A stretch of DNA of 64,000 bases from an uncultured Acidobacteriota bacterium (GTDB taxonomy: Bacteria > Acidobacteriota > UBA6911). Shown here in pieces: positions 60,129 through 64,000 of this stretch. Numbering within the stretch: position 1 is the first letter of the stretch; each line of letters starts with the position of its first letter. The notes below the pieces were generated by a model, which was not told the DNA's origin, made no database searches, and saw only the letters and a program-made list of their open reading frames with translations. A program made the position numbers and the translations under genes. The stretch is taken from contig CAWIVH010000005.1 in assembly GCA_963839475.1 (NCBI GenBank), positions 10,357-74,356 on the forward strand, in the 5' to 3' direction.

Positions 60129-61778
60129 ATGGATCAGATTCAACCCATTGTTGTTCCGACCATACCGTTCCCGGATCAGAGGCCGGGAACCTCAGGCCTT
60201 CGCAAGAAGACCCGGATATTTCTAACCCCGGGCTATCTTGAAAACTTCATTCAGTCCACTTTTGATGCGATCGCCGAGGAGGTCCAGGGGGGCCTTGCGG
60301 GACGCACTCTTGCCGTCGGTGGCGACGGTCGCTATTTCAATCGTCAGGCCATCCAGACCATTTTGAAAATGGCGGCCGCCAACGGTTTCGGCCGTATCCT
60401 GGTCGGGAGATCCGGTCTGCTCTCCACTCCGGCGATGTCCGCGATCATCCGAAGAAGGGGCACGCTGGGCGGCCTGCTGCTTACGGCGAGCCATAACCCC
60501 GGGGGCATTGACGCCGATTTCGGGGTGAAATACAACATGCAGAACGGCGGCCCCGCGCCGGAGCGGGTTACCGAAAGGATTTTCGCCAGGAGCCGTGAAA
60601 TAAAGCGCTACCTTACCCTGCAGTCATCCGATATCGACCTGGATCGCGAGGGCACTTTCGAGCTCGGAGGGACTGAGGTTTCGATCATAGATCCCATGGC
60701 GGATTACACCGCTGTGATGGAACAGCTGTTCGACTTTGAAACCCTGTCCGGCCTTTTCCGCAAGGGCTTCCGCCTTGTCATTGATGCGATGCATGGTGTC
60801 ATGGGCCCGTATGCCCGCCACATTTTCGAATCTCGGCTGGGTGCTCCCAGAGGCACCGTGATCCATGATATTCCGCTGGAAGACTTCGGCGGTCACCACC
60901 CGGACCCTAATTTAGCTCACGCCGCAGAATTGGTGGAGCGGATGATGGGCCCCAACGCCCCCGATTTCGGAGCAGCGTTTGATGGGGACGGTGACAGGAA
61001 CATGGTTCTGGCTCCGGGGCTTTTTGTAACTCCCGGAGATTCGGTTGCGATTATTGCCGAGCATGCCAGGACATCCATCCCCGGCTACCACCAGGGCCTT
61101 GCTGGAGTCGCCCGGTCGATGCCGACCAGCTCGGCACTGGACCGGGTGGCGCGCAGCTTTTCCATCCCCTGTTATGAAACTCCAACCGGCTGGAAATATT
61201 TCGGCAATCTCATGGATGCGGGAATGTGCACCATTTGCGGTGAGGAGAGCTTCGGCACGGGTTCCGACCATGTGAGGGAAAAAGATGGGCTTTGGGCGGT
61301 TTTGAGCTGGTTATCGATTCTGGCCTCGACCGACAAAAGTGCCGTGCAGGTGGTTCAGGACCATTGGGCGCGATTCGGCAGAAGCTACTTCCAGCGCCGT
61401 GATTTTGAGGCTCTTTCCTCGGGGCCCGCTTCGGAAATGATCGAATCGTTGCGGGGAAGGCTGTCTGAAATTCAGGGAATGATCGTCTGCGGATCCGAAG
61501 TGACTCGCGCCGATGATTTCGAGTATATCGATCCCGTCGACGGGAGCTTAACCCGTCAGCAAGGTGTGCGTATTTTTCTGGCGGATGGATCTCGAATCGT
61601 TTGTCGGTTTTCGGGTACCGGCACGGAAGGCATGACGTTGCGCCTCTACCTGGAGCGTTTCCGTACCGATGGGACGGAACCGCTCGATCCCCTTGTAAAT
61701 CCTTTGGCAGAGGCTGCGCTCAAGATTATCCGCCTGAAAGAGTTTTGTGGACGGGATCAAGCAGACGTGATCACTTGA
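60129..61778 (+). CDS. pgm: phosphoglucomutase
   Basis: DQRPGTSGLRKK, LTASHNPGG, DGDGDRN, CGEESFGTGS. Confidence 0.97.
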   Translation: MDQIQPIVVPTIPFPDQRPGTSGLRKKTRIFLTPGYLENFIQSTFDAIAEEVQGGLAGRTLAVGGDGRYFNRQAIQTILKMAAANGFGRILVGRSGLLSTPAMSAIIRRRGTLGGLLLTASHNPGGIDADFGVKYNMQNGGPAPERVTERIFARSREIKRYLTLQSSDIDLDREGTFELGGTEVSIIDPMADYTAVMEQLFDFETLSGLFRKGFRLVIDAMHGVMGPYARHIFESRLGAPRGTVIHDIPLEDFGGHHPDPNLAHAAELVERMMGPNAPDFGAAFDGDGDRNMVLAPGLFVTPGDSVAIIAEHARTSIPGYHQGLAGVARSMPTSSALDRVARSFSIPCYETPTGWKYFGNLMDAGMCTICGEESFGTGSDHVREKDGLWAVLSWLSILASTDKSAVQVVQDHWARFGRSYFQRRDFEALSSGPASEMIESLRGRLSEIQGMIVCGSEVTRADDFEYIDPVDGSLTRQQGVRIFLADGSRIVCRFSGTGTEGMTLRLYLERFRTDGTEPLDPLVNPLAEAALKIIRLKEFCGRDQADVIT

Positions 61779-61833
61779 ATCCGATGAATGTGATCCAAAT
61801 GGGAACGGCGCTTTTTTCCAGAGGGGTAGCAGG

Positions 61834-62787
61834 ATGCGAAATTTGATCATTGTGGGATCGGGACCAGCGGGTTTCACTTCAGCCATTTACGCCGCGCGCG
61901 CCGACCTGGCGCCGCTTATGATTGCCGGCGAGCCGAAAGGAACGCAACTTCCCGGAGGACAGCTGATGTTGACCTCCGAAGTTGAAAATTTCCCAGGGTT
62001 TGCCCAAGGTATTTCAGGACCGGAATTGATGGAGCAGATGCGGAAGCAGGCGGAGCGATTCGAGGTTGAAATCCAGGAGCTTGATGTCGAGGAAGTCCGC
62101 TTCAAACCAGGAGGCCCTTTCCAACTCCGCCTCCAGGACCGGTGGGAAGAATGCCGGAGTGTTATCCTGGCTACCGGTGCTACAGCCAAATGGCTCGATT
62201 TGCCAGACGAGATGAAATACCGGAACCGAGGCCTCTCGGCCTGCGCAGTGTGCGACGGCATGTTTTTCAGAGGGCAGGAGGTCATGGTGGTGGGTGGTGG
62301 TGACACCGCCGTCGAGGAAGCCCTCACTTTGGCGCATCACGCCAGCAAGGTCATCATTGTTCACCGGCGCGATTCTCTCCGGGCGAGCAAAATCATGCAG
62401 GACAGGGCCAAATCCAACCCGAAAATCTCCTTCATGTGGAACTCCGTACTGACGGGGTATAGCGGCCAAAACGCGCTCGAAGCGGTTCAGGTGAAAAATG
62501 TCGTGACGGGCGATGAGAAAACGGTGACCATCGGCGGCGTATTCATGGGAATCGGGCACCAGCCCAATACAGCCTTTTTGAAAGGGGTGATTGACTTGGA
62601 TCCGCAAGGGTATATCGTCACCCGCAATAATGTAGAAACGAGCATGGAGGGCGTTTTTGCTGCCGGAGATGTTCATGATCCTGAGTTCAGGCAGGCCATT
62701 ACTGCCGCCGGATTCGGTTGCATGGCGGCTTTGAAAGCGGAACGATGGCTGGCGCTGCAACATTTCGCGCAATCTCAGGGAGCGTAA
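61834..62787 (+). CDS. trxB: thioredoxin-disulfide reductase
   Basis: IVGSGPAG, GGQL, SACAVCDG, GGGDTA, HRRD, FAAGDV. Confidence 0.96.
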   Translation: MRNLIIVGSGPAGFTSAIYAARADLAPLMIAGEPKGTQLPGGQLMLTSEVENFPGFAQGISGPELMEQMRKQAERFEVEIQELDVEEVRFKPGGPFQLRLQDRWEECRSVILATGATAKWLDLPDEMKYRNRGLSACAVCDGMFFRGQEVMVVGGGDTAVEEALTLAHHASKVIIVHRRDSLRASKIMQDRAKSNPKISFMWNSVLTGYSGQNALEAVQVKNVVTGDEKTVTIGGVFMGIGHQPNTAFLKGVIDLDPQGYIVTRNNVETSMEGVFAAGDVHDPEFRQAITAAGFGCMAALKAERWLALQHFAQSQGA

Positions 62788-62832
62788 TGGCAGCCGCCCT
62801 CATTCATCCGGCAAAGCGGGGCAAATAGAGCT

Positions 62833-63939
62833 TTGAAGCCCAAAGTGACAGGTCCCGCAATGGTCTATTATGTCAGCGCGCACGGTTATGGCCATGGTGT
62901 GCGTTCGACCGACATCATCCGGGCTCTCAATCGGCTTTGCCCGGAACTCACGGTTCATGTTGTTACTAATCTGCCGTCCTCATTCCTTCTGAATCGCATC
63001 GACTCAGGTCTGAACATTTTCCATGGCGGGGCTTTTGATTTCGGCATGGCTCAGCTCGATTCCATACGTGTGGATGTCGAGCACAGCCTGGCTGGAATTG
63101 AGGCTATCTACTCTAAGCGGGAGGATCTCATCCGGCAGGAGATGGACTTTTTCTTAAAGAACTCGATCCAGCTGGTTGTTGCCGATATACCCGCAATCCC
63201 GTTGGAAGCTGCAGCCAGGGCCGGGCTGCCGGGAATTGCCGTCGGCAACTTCGGGTGGGACTGGATCTACTCCCAGTTTGCGGAGCGAGACTCACGGTGG
63301 ACCGTCATGGTTGATGCCATCCAGCAAGGGTACCGTTCTGCCGACTTGCTGCTTCGGCTTCCTTTTGCTGAACCGATGAGCGTTTTTCGCAGAATCGAAG
63401 ACGTTCCCGTGGTGGCTTCGCCCGGACGTCAGCGTCGCGAAGAGATTGCGGCCATGACCGGCGCACGCCTCGACCGTCCCTGGATCCTCTTGTCATTTAC
63501 GACACTGGATTGGGACGAGGAAGCTCAGGACCGAGTGGAGAACTGCCGCGACCACGAGTTTTTTACTGTACTGCCCCTGGCATGGCTCCGCTCCAATATC
63601 CATGCCATCCATCGCGAGCAGGTATCCTTCGGCGACGTGGTCGCCTCCGTGGACGCGGTCATTTCGAAACCAGGTTTCGGCATCATTTCCGATTGTGTCG
63701 TGAGCGCCAAACCCCTGATTTACGCCGATCGCAAGGATTTCAAAGAATACGATGTGCTCGTCGAGTCCATCCAGAAATTCCTAAAAAATGTTCACATTCC
63801 AGCTGGACGCCTTTATCAGGGGGAGCTCCGCGAGGCCCTGGATCAACTTGTTCACGCCCCGGAGCCTCTCCTGAAGCCTGCCATGGGAGGGGCCGAATTT
63901 GCGGCTCGCAGGATGATCCAGTATCTTGATTGCCGGTAA
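62833..63939 (+). CDS. GT-B fold glycosyltransferase-like protein (resembles L-arabinokinase N-terminal domain)
   Basis: YYVSAHGYGHGVR, NFGWDWIY, VISKPGFGIISDC. Confidence 0.65.
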   Translation: MKPKVTGPAMVYYVSAHGYGHGVRSTDIIRALNRLCPELTVHVVTNLPSSFLLNRIDSGLNIFHGGAFDFGMAQLDSIRVDVEHSLAGIEAIYSKREDLIRQEMDFFLKNSIQLVVADIPAIPLEAAARAGLPGIAVGNFGWDWIYSQFAERDSRWTVMVDAIQQGYRSADLLLRLPFAEPMSVFRRIEDVPVVASPGRQRREEIAAMTGARLDRPWILLSFTTLDWDEEAQDRVENCRDHEFFTVLPLAWLRSNIHAIHREQVSFGDVVASVDAVISKPGFGIISDCVVSAKPLIYADRKDFKEYDVLVESIQKFLKNVHIPAGRLYQGELREALDQLVHAPEPLLKPAMGGAEFAARRMIQYLDCR

Positions 63940-64000
63940 AACCGCGCGGGCAAGGCAGCGGCCTCGGATTTTCCGGTGTTTCAACGCTCAGGCGGAATCG

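Noticed and set aside
1-64000. CRISPR arrays, tRNA/rRNA, IS elements, prophage or defence genes
   Set aside because: No spaced direct repeats, cloverleafs, transposase, integrase or nuclease motifs were seen; the only tandem repeat is inside mcp

Overview
A gene-dense 64 kb bacterial window of about 55 CDS. An Acidobacteriota-like origin is inferred from the acidobacterial-type VWA and TPR proteins and mglBA; this was not verified. No rRNA, tRNA, CRISPR array or transposase was recognisable. The main feature is a 13.5 kb chemosensory island (16.4-29.8 kb). It holds cheA-cheD-cheB, an opposing HDOD-CheY-like-cheX unit, a cheX plus REC/pseudo-REC/STAS-like unit, cheR, a poly-HAMP MCP whose periplasmic sensor carries a CxxCH heme-c motif, cheW and a third cheX. 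Each of its six apparent transcription units is preceded by a sigma28 (FliA/SigD)-type promoter motif. Housekeeping genes include lepB, carA, carB, glmU, sua5, hrpB, pgm and trxB. Also present are an orphan AmmeMemoRadiSam enzyme, a cobalamin-binding radical SAM gene coupled to a VWA gene, and a sugar/polyol cassette lying between the permease and a degenerate ATPase of an ABC transporter. Further items are an MglB/MglA module, a stand-alone UpxY/NusG paralogue, an acyl-CoA ligase-ACP-acyltransferase fusion, several carbohydrate enzymes (GH172, GH3-serine hydrolase fusion, SGNH, PIG-L) and a 12-Cys protein of unknown function. Four loci show single-base frameshifts: a hidden CsbD-like gene, an APC permease, a dual-specificity phosphatase and a ThDP enzyme. 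These may be assembly errors rather than pseudogenes. All calls come from motif reading; no database searches were run.
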